DNA of 64,000 nucleotides, taken from IMG/VR virus record IMGVR_UViG_3300033145_000733, positions 2,525 through 66,524 of that record. The stretch is one strand, 5' to 3'. Below are positions 38,315-47,525 of the stretch, piece by piece. Position numbers and translations under genes: made by a program. Under the pieces are notes generated by a model, which made no database searches, had not been told where the DNA came from, and saw only the letters and a program-made list of their open reading frames with translations. The stretch is from a virus. Position 1 is the stretch's first letter. Every line of letters starts with the position of its first letter.

Positions 38315-38441
38315 CATGGGGTGTGATTCGTGCTACCTTAAATTTTTATGCTTCACTACACGTGGAGAGATTATATTAAGTTACAACTATTTAAAGGAGT
38401 ATCAAAGGGATAAGGCGAAGAGGCAGGGACATTTAAAATAA
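38214..38441 (+). CDS. small protein with Cys module (CDSCYLKFLCFT); true start uncertain
   Basis: motif in translation; overlaps the previous ORF. Confidence 0.6.
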   Translation: MEVQSLEVSTQKILPRGTLPRRVGLAPGYTQNCSMGCDSCYLKFLCFTTRGEIILSYNYLKEYQRDKAKRQGHLK

Positions 38442-38726
38442 AAATACCACTTACTAAAAATACCACATATAAAGCGGATTATTCCGCTAAATTAGTGGGA
38501 GAACAGGTCGGGGGACCAATGAACAAACCATACCATGTTTACAGCAACGCACCCAAGTGTTCTGGTTGTGGAAGACCTATGGTTTATTTATACACTCATG
38601 TAGCTTCTAATAGAACTGTTTGGAAATGTAGAGATTGTGATATTAGAGAAGAAGTAACTAATGGTTTTCCAGAAGATGATGAAGGCGACCCTAATAAATC
38701 GTTCATAAGCATTTTTTCATCTGTTT

Positions 38727-39365
38727 ATGAGTATAGTAGTTTGCCTGGAGATAATTATGAATATAGAAGAACTAGAGAAAATTATTTCAGGTTACAAGAT
38801 AACCAAACCAAAATATCGGGGAGAGGAGGTGGAGAACAAATCTCTACCCTTTATGCTCTCCACGTTTAGAGAATTAATACAAAATGAAATTCCACCTACG
38901 CAAGAAGAATTTATTAATACTTTCAAAGTTAAGTATCCTGATGTAAATTATAAAGGAATTGTATCAAGATTAAAAAGAGCTTATTTATCCTATGTAAGAG
39001 AATATCATCTTGGGTACTTGTTTAAAAAACATTTTAAGAAAGTTATATACGATGAGAAATTAGATATAAACGGTGTTGATTATGTAATCTATTATCGTGG
39101 AATTAAGTTTAATATCCATGCTTATGTTAACACAGAAAATGGTAAGTATTGGAGAGAAGTAAAAAATAAAAGACACAAATTTCGTGGTGAGCATCTAGAT
39201 ATACCTATGAACTTAGATAAAGGGAAACGGCGTGGTAAGTTTATACTTTATACTGATGACAACGTTCGCAAACTAAAAGACGAAATGGGTAAAATTGCCG
39301 ACAAAAAACATGTTTTAAAAGTTTGTGACATTCCTCAAAATAATTTACACTCAATCCTGACATAA
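38727..39365 (+). CDS. PD-(D/E)XK nuclease, TaqI-family-like (likely start ATG at 38757)
   Basis: RLKRAYLSYVREYH...LDINGVDYVI resembles the TaqI-like core; GGAG site before MNIEEL. Confidence 0.55.
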   Translation: MSIVVCLEIIMNIEELEKIISGYKITKPKYRGEEVENKSLPFMLSTFRELIQNEIPPTQEEFINTFKVKYPDVNYKGIVSRLKRAYLSYVREYHLGYLFKKHFKKVIYDEKLDINGVDYVIYYRGIKFNIHAYVNTENGKYWREVKNKRHKFRGEHLDIPMNLDKGKRRGKFILYTDDNVRKLKDEMGKIADKKHVLKVCDIPQNNLHSILT

Positions 39366-39385
39366 TTTTAACCATTGAAAAAAGT

Positions 39386-39446
39386 GATCTTAATAGGATC
39401 GATCTTAGATCTGATCAATAGATCTTAATAGATCTGATCCTTGATC
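39386..39446. repeat. cluster of nine GATC sites
   Basis: GATC at 39386, 39397, 39401, 39408, 39413, 39421, 39431, 39436, 39443. Confidence 0.9.
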
Positions 39447-39956
39447 CGAAACGAAAAATAATTTAGGAGTGGACAGTGGAGGACAAACAGAAAATAATCA
39501 AAGCTTTGAGAAAGCATCGTAGAGAAATTACCAATATTATTGACGGTTTTGTACAATTGGACGAGACGGATGATAGGAAATTTAACAGGGTACTTGCTAA
39601 TGAGATTGTATTTACTTTGTTCGGGTTTATTGATACTTTGGTAAACACAGAAATTGATATTCATAACTTTATGAAGGGGAGAGGATAATGGCTTGTTATT
39701 TGAAGAAACATTTAAAAGAAGAGCACGCAAACATGCGAGACCCTAGATATGAGAGTATTGTATTTACGTGTCCAGTATTTGGTGGAGCGCAAATTTGCAT
39801 GTGGTGTTGTTTGCACGTTCGTGACGTGGCAAACCCACTTAGTAGAAATTATGCTACAGACCATAATGCAAACTATGCTATTAAAGCAACAGAGGTTTCT
39901 GGTAGAGAACTTGATAGTATTTGGGAAACTTGTGCTCGTTGTCATAATGCACAGGC

Positions 39957-39985
39957 TTGACAATTAACAGTTAGTGTGGTATAAT
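39957..39985 (+). promoter_or_regulatory. sigma70-type promoter
   Basis: TTGACA-17-TATAAT; includes the TGA stop of ORF 39688-39960. Confidence 0.7.
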
Positions 39986-40173
39986 GGAAATAGACAAGTT
40001 GAAAAGAGAAGTTATGCAGTTGAGGGACAAAACTGCTGAATTGGTGTCTCCTGGTTTTTCTTATTATGAACAAGAACTTATTAGGAGAGTTTTAAAGGCT
40101 GTGTTACCTCAAATGAGCAGTAATAGTGATATTAGCACAGCTAAGGGTATTTTAAAGAAAACGGAGTGGTTGG

Positions 40174-40779
40174 ATGATGGAACATGAATCATGTCTAGGA
40201 ATTACAATTGATTCGGAGTTTGAGAGAAGAAATCTTAGACTAAGCAGGGTGATATTGTTGTCTGGGGAAATAGATATTGGAGCAGCTCATGAGTTTGTTG
40301 AAGACATTAAAATGCTGTTGTTAGATGACTCTAATGAACCAATAACTATAATTATTTCTTCACCTGGTGGTAATGTTTTTAGTGGTGTTGCCATCATTAG
40401 GGCAATTAGAGAAGCGCAGAGTAGAGGAATAAAGATTATAGGTGATGTTTATGGGCAGGCAATGTCAATGGCATTTTTTATTTTACAATGTTGCGATGAA
40501 AGAAGAATGGGTAGTTTATGTACTTTGATGGCTCATGGTATAACCACAGGTTTTATTGGTGATATGAGAAATGTTGAAGCGGAGCAGAAGTTGCTTACTT
40601 CTTGGCAACGTGAGATAGCTCAACTTATCTCCAATCGTTGCACTTCTTATGATACTGAGTATACTGAGTCTGGTTACTGGTTTGCTATCTTGAAAGATAA
40701 CACTCCTCAATTTTATGATAGTCACGAAGCTAAAGAAATGGGGTTGATTGATATAGTTAATGATGATAATAAAAACTAA
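40174..40779 (+). CDS. clpP: ClpP-like serine protease subunit
   Basis: ISSPGG, GQAMSMA (catalytic Ser), LMAH (His), EAKEMGLID. Confidence 0.82.
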   Translation: MMEHESCLGITIDSEFERRNLRLSRVILLSGEIDIGAAHEFVEDIKMLLLDDSNEPITIIISSPGGNVFSGVAIIRAIREAQSRGIKIIGDVYGQAMSMAFFILQCCDERRMGSLCTLMAHGITTGFIGDMRNVEAEQKLLTSWQREIAQLISNRCTSYDTEYTESGYWFAILKDNTPQFYDSHEAKEMGLIDIVNDDNKN

Positions 40780-41191
40780 AAAAATACACCAAAAAGCAAT
40801 AGTTCCAAAGATAGCCACCGAAGGTTCAGCCTGTTTTGACCTGTACGCCTGTGAGAATTTTGTCTTGGGTAATGGTTATTTTCGCAAAGTTAGAACTGGT
40901 CTTATTTTTGAAATACCGAAAGGTTGGCATGTAAAGTTATACAATAGGAGTGGTATGGCAGCTAGGGGTATTATAATTCCCAACGCACCTGGTATTATAG
41001 ATTCAGATTATAGGGGGGAAATTATTGTGATGCTCTATGGTCTGTTTATGAAGAAGCAAGAAATATTTCAGGTTGGTAATAGGATAGCTCAGGGAGAGCT
41101 AATAAAAGGAGAGTCTGTGGCGTTTGATGTTGTATCTAAATTGTCAGATACGGAACGTGGTTCTGGTGGTTTTAGTTCAACAGGAAAATAA
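40760..41191 (+). CDS. dut: trimeric dUTPase
   Basis: ACFDL, RSGMA, GIIDSDYRGEI, RIAQ, RGSGGFSSTG. Confidence 0.93.
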   Translation: MMIIKTKKIHQKAIVPKIATEGSACFDLYACENFVLGNGYFRKVRTGLIFEIPKGWHVKLYNRSGMAARGIIIPNAPGIIDSDYRGEIIVMLYGLFMKKQEIFQVGNRIAQGELIKGESVAFDVVSKLSDTERGSGGFSSTGK

Positions 41192-41217
41192 TCCACGAGT
41201 TATAAGGTGAGGAGATT

Positions 41218-41688
41218 ATGGTAAAGGATTATGAGGTTTATTTAGCTGGAAGAATAGCTAATCTTAGTTATGATGATGCTGTATCTGAAAGAGACGAGAT
41301 TACTAAAAAGTTAAATAGTGTCGGTATAAAATGTCGGACTCCGTTGAGGGGTAAGCAACATTTAAAGAATGAGTTAAAAATTACAGCAAACGCTTTTAAA
41401 GATGGTTTGTCCATACAAGAAGTTATCCAGAGGGACATAAGTGATGTGAACAAGGTTGATGCTGTATTGATTATGACTGGTGATGACGCTAGTTGGGGGA
41501 CTGCTGGAGAATTCTATTATGCTACCTGGATTTCTAAAACACCAACGTTAGTAATAGCGAAGAATCATATTGGTGGATGGATGGAGCATTATGCAACCAG
41601 AATTGTACCAGACTTTGATAGTGCGGTGAAGGTGTTGCTACACTGGAAGAAATATTGGAATGGTGGTGGTGTGTACGATACGAGGTAA
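41218..41688 (+). CDS. nucleoside 2-deoxyribosyltransferase-like / nucleotide hydrolase
   Basis: VYLAG, RDISDV..VDAV, SWGTAGE. Confidence 0.7.
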   Translation: MVKDYEVYLAGRIANLSYDDAVSERDEITKKLNSVGIKCRTPLRGKQHLKNELKITANAFKDGLSIQEVIQRDISDVNKVDAVLIMTGDDASWGTAGEFYYATWISKTPTLVIAKNHIGGWMEHYATRIVPDFDSAVKVLLHWKKYWNGGGVYDTR

Positions 41689-41694
41689 TAAAAA

Positions 41695-42504
41695 ATGGCA
41701 ACATATAACTTAGTAGAGTTAAGAGAATTAATTAAAGCATTGTCCTTTAATGATAATGGTAAAGTAGTGCTCAACATTGGCAAGGTTGGTGATGATGAGT
41801 ACCAAATAATGTATGTCACAGAAGATGGTGATACAATTGTATCTTGCATGTTGCCAGAGGTTACTGTAACGCAATTGCAAGAGTTACTGTCTAGGGTTAC
41901 TGAGTTTTCTTCTGATACTGGTACTGCTACGGGTGGTACGCAGACAACATTGGTTGACACACTTAAGAATTGGGAAGTGAACATGTGGCAAGGTGCTATT
42001 CTGGAGGTGTACAGTGTAGCTGATAATGTTTACTACCTAAGCACAATAGCAAGCAACACTGCCAATACAATAACTTTTGCTGCTTTACCAGCAGGTAAGT
42101 TAGTTGCTAGTGGTAACCCATATGCTGTTAGACTTACCATAGGTTCAATTGACATCCTTAAATGGGGTGGTACTGCACTTACTGGTAGAGATATTTCATT
42201 AGACATTGCTAAGATTGGTGATGATACTTACACAACACCTGCTCACACAAAAATTACAGCGGCAAATACAACAACTACAGCTTTAGCTGTTAACGCTAAT
42301 AGGATTTATGCTTTACTACAGAACTATAGCGATGCCGATATTAGTATTAAATTTGGGGCTAATGCGGTAGCTGGTGAAGGTTTTGTGATAAGACCTAATG
42401 GTAGTTATGAAATGAGTAAGAAGTTGGGCAATTTGTATGCTGGAGCTATTAACTGCATTAGTGTAGCTGGTGGCAAGACCTTACTTGTAACGGAGGGTGT
42501 ATAA
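41695..42504 (+). CDS. putative virion structural protein
   Basis: Thr/Gly/Ala-rich; GTATGGTQTTLVDT...IASNTANTITF beta-rich pattern. Confidence 0.5.
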   Translation: MATYNLVELRELIKALSFNDNGKVVLNIGKVGDDEYQIMYVTEDGDTIVSCMLPEVTVTQLQELLSRVTEFSSDTGTATGGTQTTLVDTLKNWEVNMWQGAILEVYSVADNVYYLSTIASNTANTITFAALPAGKLVASGNPYAVRLTIGSIDILKWGGTALTGRDISLDIAKIGDDTYTTPAHTKITAANTTTTALAVNANRIYALLQNYSDADISIKFGANAVAGEGFVIRPNGSYEMSKKLGNLYAGAINCISVAGGKTLLVTEGV

Positions 42505-42962
42505 TGTTGAACAATCCATTTGATGGTGCAGATTTACAAGCTTTAGGTGAGGTTATTGAAACCAAATTAAACCAAATCTGGAACTATTCTTTTTCTACTG
42601 TAAAATTAGCGACTCCCATTCCTCCAGTTGAATTGACATCTGATAATGTCGCCTTAGAATGGGGAGTATATAGTTCCAATATAATTGCTGCTGATGAAAT
42701 AGCCGAAGGATTCGTTATTGTAGCGGGGGCTGTTGCAAATCCTGATGATAATGGGAATTATTATATAGAATTCTATTATGGGGCTGAGGATACACCATGT
42801 ACTAGTTTTGGATTCACCAAGACTAATCCATTTCAAGCGTCACTGTGGAGACCATTAAAAACTGAGATAATCCCTGCGAATTCAAGAGTGAGAGCTAGGT
42901 TAAGACATTCTGCTGGTAATGAAGCGACTTGTCTTGTAGGAGTATATTATCAGACAGTCTAA
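42504..42962 (+). CDS. putative structural protein, paralogous to the C-terminus of 43053-44417
   Basis: IPANSRVRARL resembles FNAGTRISAS; shared start context GAGGGTGTATAATGTT. Confidence 0.5.
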   Translation: MLNNPFDGADLQALGEVIETKLNQIWNYSFSTVKLATPIPPVELTSDNVALEWGVYSSNIIAADEIAEGFVIVAGAVANPDDNGNYYIEFYYGAEDTPCTSFGFTKTNPFQASLWRPLKTEIIPANSRVRARLRHSAGNEATCLVGVYYQTV

Positions 42963-42982
42963 AGATATTACAAAGGAGATAC

Positions 42983-43039
42983 TGACATTGAAGCCCCAGG
43001 TGATGGTAAGAGAATTTGGGTTACTGATTTGTTTATAGA
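42983..43039 (+). repeat. 57-bp exact duplicate of 44489-44545
   Basis: TGACATTGAAGCCCCAGG...TTTGTTTATAGA occurs in both places. Confidence 0.9.
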
Positions 43040-43052
43040 GTGAGGGTGTATA

Positions 43053-44417
43053 ATGTTACGTAATACATATGATGATACAGGCTTACAAGGCAAGGTAGAT
43101 AACGTAAGTGATGACCTTGGAGATAAGGGAGTAGGTAATGATACTATTACTCGTGTTCAAGCGATTATAGATGACCTTGCCAATGGCACAGATGGTTTGG
43201 GAGCTTTAAAAGCTTTAATTGATGTGTTACCAACAGTTATGCGTGGAACAGATAATGCTGCACTCGTGTCTGATGCAGGTAATTTCACAAGCGGTAGGGC
43301 AGTAACAGCTACATTACGAGTATCACCTAATGGGGATAACAGTGATGGTGAAACATGGTCAACCGCATATAATGAAATTCAGACAGCGTTAAATGCTGCT
43401 AGTACAGATGTTAATGCGTTAACTTTAATATTAATAGCCCCCAAAACTGGTAATGTTCATTATGACATCAACACCGCAGGTGATCCAACTTGGTCAGCTA
43501 ATGTAATTCTTAAGGGGTCACACAGAACGTGGGTTAAGATTATGAACGATAATGTTGGGGCAACTTCAATAATGAAACTAACTGGGTATGCCAGTCTTAA
43601 TGACCTTAACTTTAATCTTGGAGAGTCTAACAATGGTGTTATTTTTACCAAGGGAGCATTTAGAGCAGGGCACTTGCAGTTTGTCGGTGAAAATTTGACT
43701 GGGGCAATAACTAGAACTGCTTTGCACATGGATGGTGCTTCTCCAATTAAGCATGGTAAGTTATCAGATATTCACTTTCTTGGTGCTGGTGGAACTCATA
43801 TGATTGCTATGCTATTTGATAATTGTGTACGTTCAGAAGTTTCACATATAAGGGCGCATCAGTGTTTGACAGGTGCTCAGTTTGTAAATTCAAGCGATAG
43901 TAACTATCTTATTGATATAGATCTTGGTGATTGTGCTGTTGGTCTTGATATTGATTCTGGTGATGTTCAGCACTTTACAAATATAACTTTTCATGATTGT
44001 GCTTTAAATGTAGATGATGTTACAAGGAATCATGTTTGGATGGGTATACATGGTCAGTTTCCTGTTACCGTTGAACCAGTAACAATACCAGATTATACTG
44101 GTGTAGTAGTATCAGCAGGGGAGGATGCTTATGGTTCTGATACAGAGTTACGTGCTGCTGGTACAGCCAAACCATTCAAGATTTTAGGGTATAGGTTTGA
44201 ACCATCAGAAGAGAAGAAGTTTATGATACGATTTTCAGCTAACGCTGGAGCACCATACTTTGATATGGCTTTAATTGAAGTTAAGAAGAATAAAGCTCAA
44301 GGAGCTTCAGAGGGAACAGATTTCATATTTAATGCTGGTACTAGAATATCCGCAAGTGCTGGTTGTGAAGTCGCAGGCAAGTCTGTTCAAATCTGGTTGG
44401 AGATACAGGAGATATAA
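43053..44417 (+). CDS. beta-helix (pectin-lyase-like) tailspike/decoration-like protein
   Basis: VSPNGDNSDG.TW.TAY.EIQ.AL start of a beta-helix; repetitive beta-strand pattern. Confidence 0.55.
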   Translation: MLRNTYDDTGLQGKVDNVSDDLGDKGVGNDTITRVQAIIDDLANGTDGLGALKALIDVLPTVMRGTDNAALVSDAGNFTSGRAVTATLRVSPNGDNSDGETWSTAYNEIQTALNAASTDVNALTLILIAPKTGNVHYDINTAGDPTWSANVILKGSHRTWVKIMNDNVGATSIMKLTGYASLNDLNFNLGESNNGVIFTKGAFRAGHLQFVGENLTGAITRTALHMDGASPIKHGKLSDIHFLGAGGTHMIAMLFDNCVRSEVSHIRAHQCLTGAQFVNSSDSNYLIDIDLGDCAVGLDIDSGDVQHFTNITFHDCALNVDDVTRNHVWMGIHGQFPVTVEPVTIPDYTGVVVSAGEDAYGSDTELRAAGTAKPFKILGYRFEPSEEKKFMIRFSANAGAPYFDMALIEVKKNKAQGASEGTDFIFNAGTRISASAGCEVAGKSVQIWLEIQEI

Positions 44418-44435
44418 TGATACGAGGTAAAAATA

Positions 44436-44741
44436 ATGAATAGATTTGGATGGGGTTCAACCCCCCTAATACACATATTAACTGATATTGACATTGAAGC
44501 CCCAGGTGATGGTAAGAGAATTTGGGTTACTGATTTGTTTATAGAATGTGGAGCAAACACAACATTACAGTTAAAAGAAGTTGGTGGTGATTTTATAACA
44601 CCATCAGCTAGTAAAATTGACCACACGTTTGCCGCACCGATAAAGTGTGCAACTAATACTGGCATTAGCGTAGAAAAAACTGGTATTGGGTTGGCTGTCA
44701 TTATTATTGGTTACTATATTGAAGGAGCAACCCACAACTAA
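44436..44741 (+). CDS. small putative structural protein
   Basis: APGDGKRIWVTD...IIGY pattern. Confidence 0.5.
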   Translation: MNRFGWGSTPLIHILTDIDIEAPGDGKRIWVTDLFIECGANTTLQLKEVGGDFITPSASKIDHTFAAPIKCATNTGISVEKTGIGLAVIIIGYYIEGATHN

Positions 44742-45484
44742 TGAGAGTAGCAGTTGATTATGATGCTTTAGTAGGTTACTATACTTCTGGTAAAAGTTTA
44801 TTGGACGTTGCTGGTATCATTGGTTGTTGCTCAAATACCGTTACTAATAGGTTGCGTAAGTGTGGTATTGGTATTAGAACATTATCTGAGGCTCAAATTA
44901 TTCGTAGACATAGAAGTGTTTCTATAAATAGTAGTTTGTTGTGTGTGTTGGATGGGTTATTGTTGGGTGACGGCAATTTATCGTCTCCTAGAGGTAATCA
45001 AGCTGTTTACCATCAAGATAGTAGCGAGAAAGAATTTATAGATTATGTTTCTAGTGTTTTAAGTAATAGCGGTTATTTGGCTACTAAATATGATTATGAT
45101 AGGTTTGACAAACGTACAAAGAAGATGTATCATTCTTATTCGTTAAACTCCATTTTTACGGTGGAGTTACAGAAACAATATGATAGATGGTATAAAAATG
45201 GTATTAAAATTGTCCCGCTAGATCTATTAATAACACCTGTAGTATTGATGCTGTGGTATCTTAGTGATGGTTACAAAGATAGAAGATGTCATAATATAGT
45301 TATTGCTACAGATTCATTTAAGAAGGAAGAGGTTGAAAGTCTTGTATATAGGTTTTCATTGATTGGTATTCCTTCACATAGACAAGAAAATAATAGAATA
45401 AGAGTAAATGCTGATGGGTACGATACGTTTATGTCTTATATTGGAGGATGCCCAATTGGATGTTATAGACACAAATTTTCCTAA
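44741..45484 (+). CDS. free-standing LAGLIDADG homing endonuclease with N-terminal HTH
   Basis: LDGLLLGDGNL and LMLWYLSDG motifs. Confidence 0.82.
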   Translation: MRVAVDYDALVGYYTSGKSLLDVAGIIGCCSNTVTNRLRKCGIGIRTLSEAQIIRRHRSVSINSSLLCVLDGLLLGDGNLSSPRGNQAVYHQDSSEKEFIDYVSSVLSNSGYLATKYDYDRFDKRTKKMYHSYSLNSIFTVELQKQYDRWYKNGIKIVPLDLLITPVVLMLWYLSDGYKDRRCHNIVIATDSFKKEEVESLVYRFSLIGIPSHRQENNRIRVNADGYDTFMSYIGGCPIGCYRHKFS

Positions 45485-47525
45485 ACGAGTCATTAAGCGT
45501 GATGGCAGGATTACTAAGTATAATTCTGATAAGATAGTTCTTGCGGTTACTAAGGCTATGGAGTCTATTGGTAAGATTGATGATGAAGTTGCGTTAAGCA
45601 TTGCTACTGTTGTTACTGATAACTTGAATGGTAATGGTGAGTTATCAGTAGAAGAAATTCAAGATAAGGTTGAAGATGCTCTCATCCAGCTAGGCAATGT
45701 TAAACTAGCTAAGACTTATATATTATACAGGGCGAAAAGAGCAGAGGTTCGTGGTTTTAGAGAGGCTATCGGTATCGAAGAAGATGCTCTCAAATTGGGT
45801 GTCAATGCTTTAGCTTTGTTGGATAGAAGATACTTAAAAAGTTTTGACGGAAAAAAAGAAACACCATCACAAATGTTTCATAGGGTGGCTAATAACGTAG
45901 CGTCTGTGGAGAAGTCATTTGGTGGTAGTTCTGATTACTGGGGCAAGATATTTTATAATTTAATGGCTAATCAGATATTTCTACCAAACACACCATGTTT
46001 AGCTAATGCTGGTAACGTCAATTTAAATTATTTGTTTGCTTGTTATGCGTTTGAAGTTGGTGATTCTATGGAAGACATATTACAAACAGCTAAGGATTGT
46101 GGTATGGTTCAAAAGACTGGTGGTGGTGTTGGTCTTAATTTGTCCAAGCTAAGACCTTGTGGTGATAGGGTTAACACTACTGAGGGTGTAGCTAGTGGAC
46201 CTATTGATTTTATGAGAATTTATGATACAATAAGTGATGTTATTAAGCAAGGTGGTATCAGGCGTGGTGGTAATTTGGGATTATTGTTGGTTAATCATCC
46301 AGATATAATTGATTTTATTAAGTGTAAAAATGATGAAACGAGATTAAATAATTTTAATATTTCAGTTGCTATCACTGATGAGTTTATGCGTTGTGTGAAT
46401 ACTGGTAGCGATTTTTCTTTGGTTAACCCCACTGATGGAAAAGTTGTTCAAAGTGTTAATTCTAGGCATCTATTTCGCTTTATTGCTGAATCTGCTTGGC
46501 GAAATGGTGAGCCTGGTTTTGTTTTTTGGGACAGAATAGAAGAGGATAATCCTACACCAAAACAAGGACACTTGATAAAGAACTTATGTGGTGAGCAGGA
46601 TTTATTACCTTATGAGGCTTGTGTTCTGGGGTCAATAAATTTAGTAAAGTTTGTTGAAGATGGGCAGATTGTATATAACTCTTTAAGAAAGGTTGTTCAT
46701 CATTCTGTTAGGTTTCTTGATGATGTTATTACTGCGTCTAGTTATCCACTAGAGGCAATACGTAATAAAGTACTGTCAAACAGGAAAATAGGGTTGGGTG
46801 TCATGGGGTTTGCTAATTTGTTGTTTATGCTTGGTATTCCATATGATTCTGATGAGGCTGAGGTGGTAGCTGAAGAAGTGATGGAGTTCATAAACGTGGA
46901 AGCGAGAAAAGCTTCAGCTCACTTGGCTGAAGATCGTGGTAGTTTTTTAAGTATTGATGAGTCTGTTATAAACCAACCACAAAGAAATGCCTCCATTACC
47001 ACCATAGCTCCCACAGGTAGTATAAGTATCATAGCAGAAACATCTAGTGGTATTGAACCTATTTTTGCAGTGGTTTATCAAAAGACTAATATCTTGGAGG
47101 ATACTACATTTTTTGAGGTGAATCCTGTTTTTGAGAGGGTTGCTAAACAAGAGGGTTGGTACTCACCGTCAATAATTAACAAGATTATCAGAAATGGTGG
47201 TAAGGTAACAGGACTTTCAGAAGTACCAGAAAAATGGCAGAAAATTTTTAGGACCGCATTGGAGGTTTCACCTGAGTGGCATGTTAAAATGCAATCTGCT
47301 TTTCAACGTCATGTTAATAACTCAATATCAAAAACTGTAAATCTATCGTATGATGCCACAGTTGAGGACGTTGAACGAGTTATTAAGCTTGCGTATGACA
47401 CGAAGCTCAAAGGACTTACGGTGTTTCGTAATCAAAGTAGGGCAAAACAGGTTTTAGAAACATTGTGTGTAGAGTGTGATGATGGTGTTTGTTCTATTCC
47501 TGATCCAGCGGTTAAGTTGGTGTAA
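45456..47525 (+). CDS. nrdJ: class II (adenosylcobalamin-dependent) ribonucleotide reductase with ATP cone
   Basis: VIKRDG ATP cone, PNTPCLANAG, GGGVG, NLCGEQ, RKIGLGVMG, TIAPTGSIS, C-terminal Cys pair; GGAGG then TTG at 45456. Confidence 0.88.
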   Translation: MDVIDTNFPKRVIKRDGRITKYNSDKIVLAVTKAMESIGKIDDEVALSIATVVTDNLNGNGELSVEEIQDKVEDALIQLGNVKLAKTYILYRAKRAEVRGFREAIGIEEDALKLGVNALALLDRRYLKSFDGKKETPSQMFHRVANNVASVEKSFGGSSDYWGKIFYNLMANQIFLPNTPCLANAGNVNLNYLFACYAFEVGDSMEDILQTAKDCGMVQKTGGGVGLNLSKLRPCGDRVNTTEGVASGPIDFMRIYDTISDVIKQGGIRRGGNLGLLLVNHPDIIDFIKCKNDETRLNNFNISVAITDEFMRCVNTGSDFSLVNPTDGKVVQSVNSRHLFRFIAESAWRNGEPGFVFWDRIEEDNPTPKQGHLIKNLCGEQDLLPYEACVLGSINLVKFVEDGQIVYNSLRKVVHHSVRFLDDVITASSYPLEAIRNKVLSNRKIGLGVMGFANLLFMLGIPYDSDEAEVVAEEVMEFINVEARKASAHLAEDRGSFLSIDESVINQPQRNASITTIAPTGSISIIAETSSGIEPIFAVVYQKTNILEDTTFFEVNPVFERVAKQEGWYSPSIINKIIRNGGKVTGLSEVPEKWQKIFRTALEVSPEWHVKMQSAFQRHVNNSISKTVNLSYDATVEDVERVIKLAYDTKLKGLTVFRNQSRAKQVLETLCVECDDGVCSIPDPAVKLV

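Noticed and set aside
367-38441. Cys module as a DNA-level repeat, attC-like site or DGR variable region
   Set aside because: Synonymous positions vary freely, no palindrome or adenine-specific pattern is seen, and no reverse transcriptase or integrase is present in the window.
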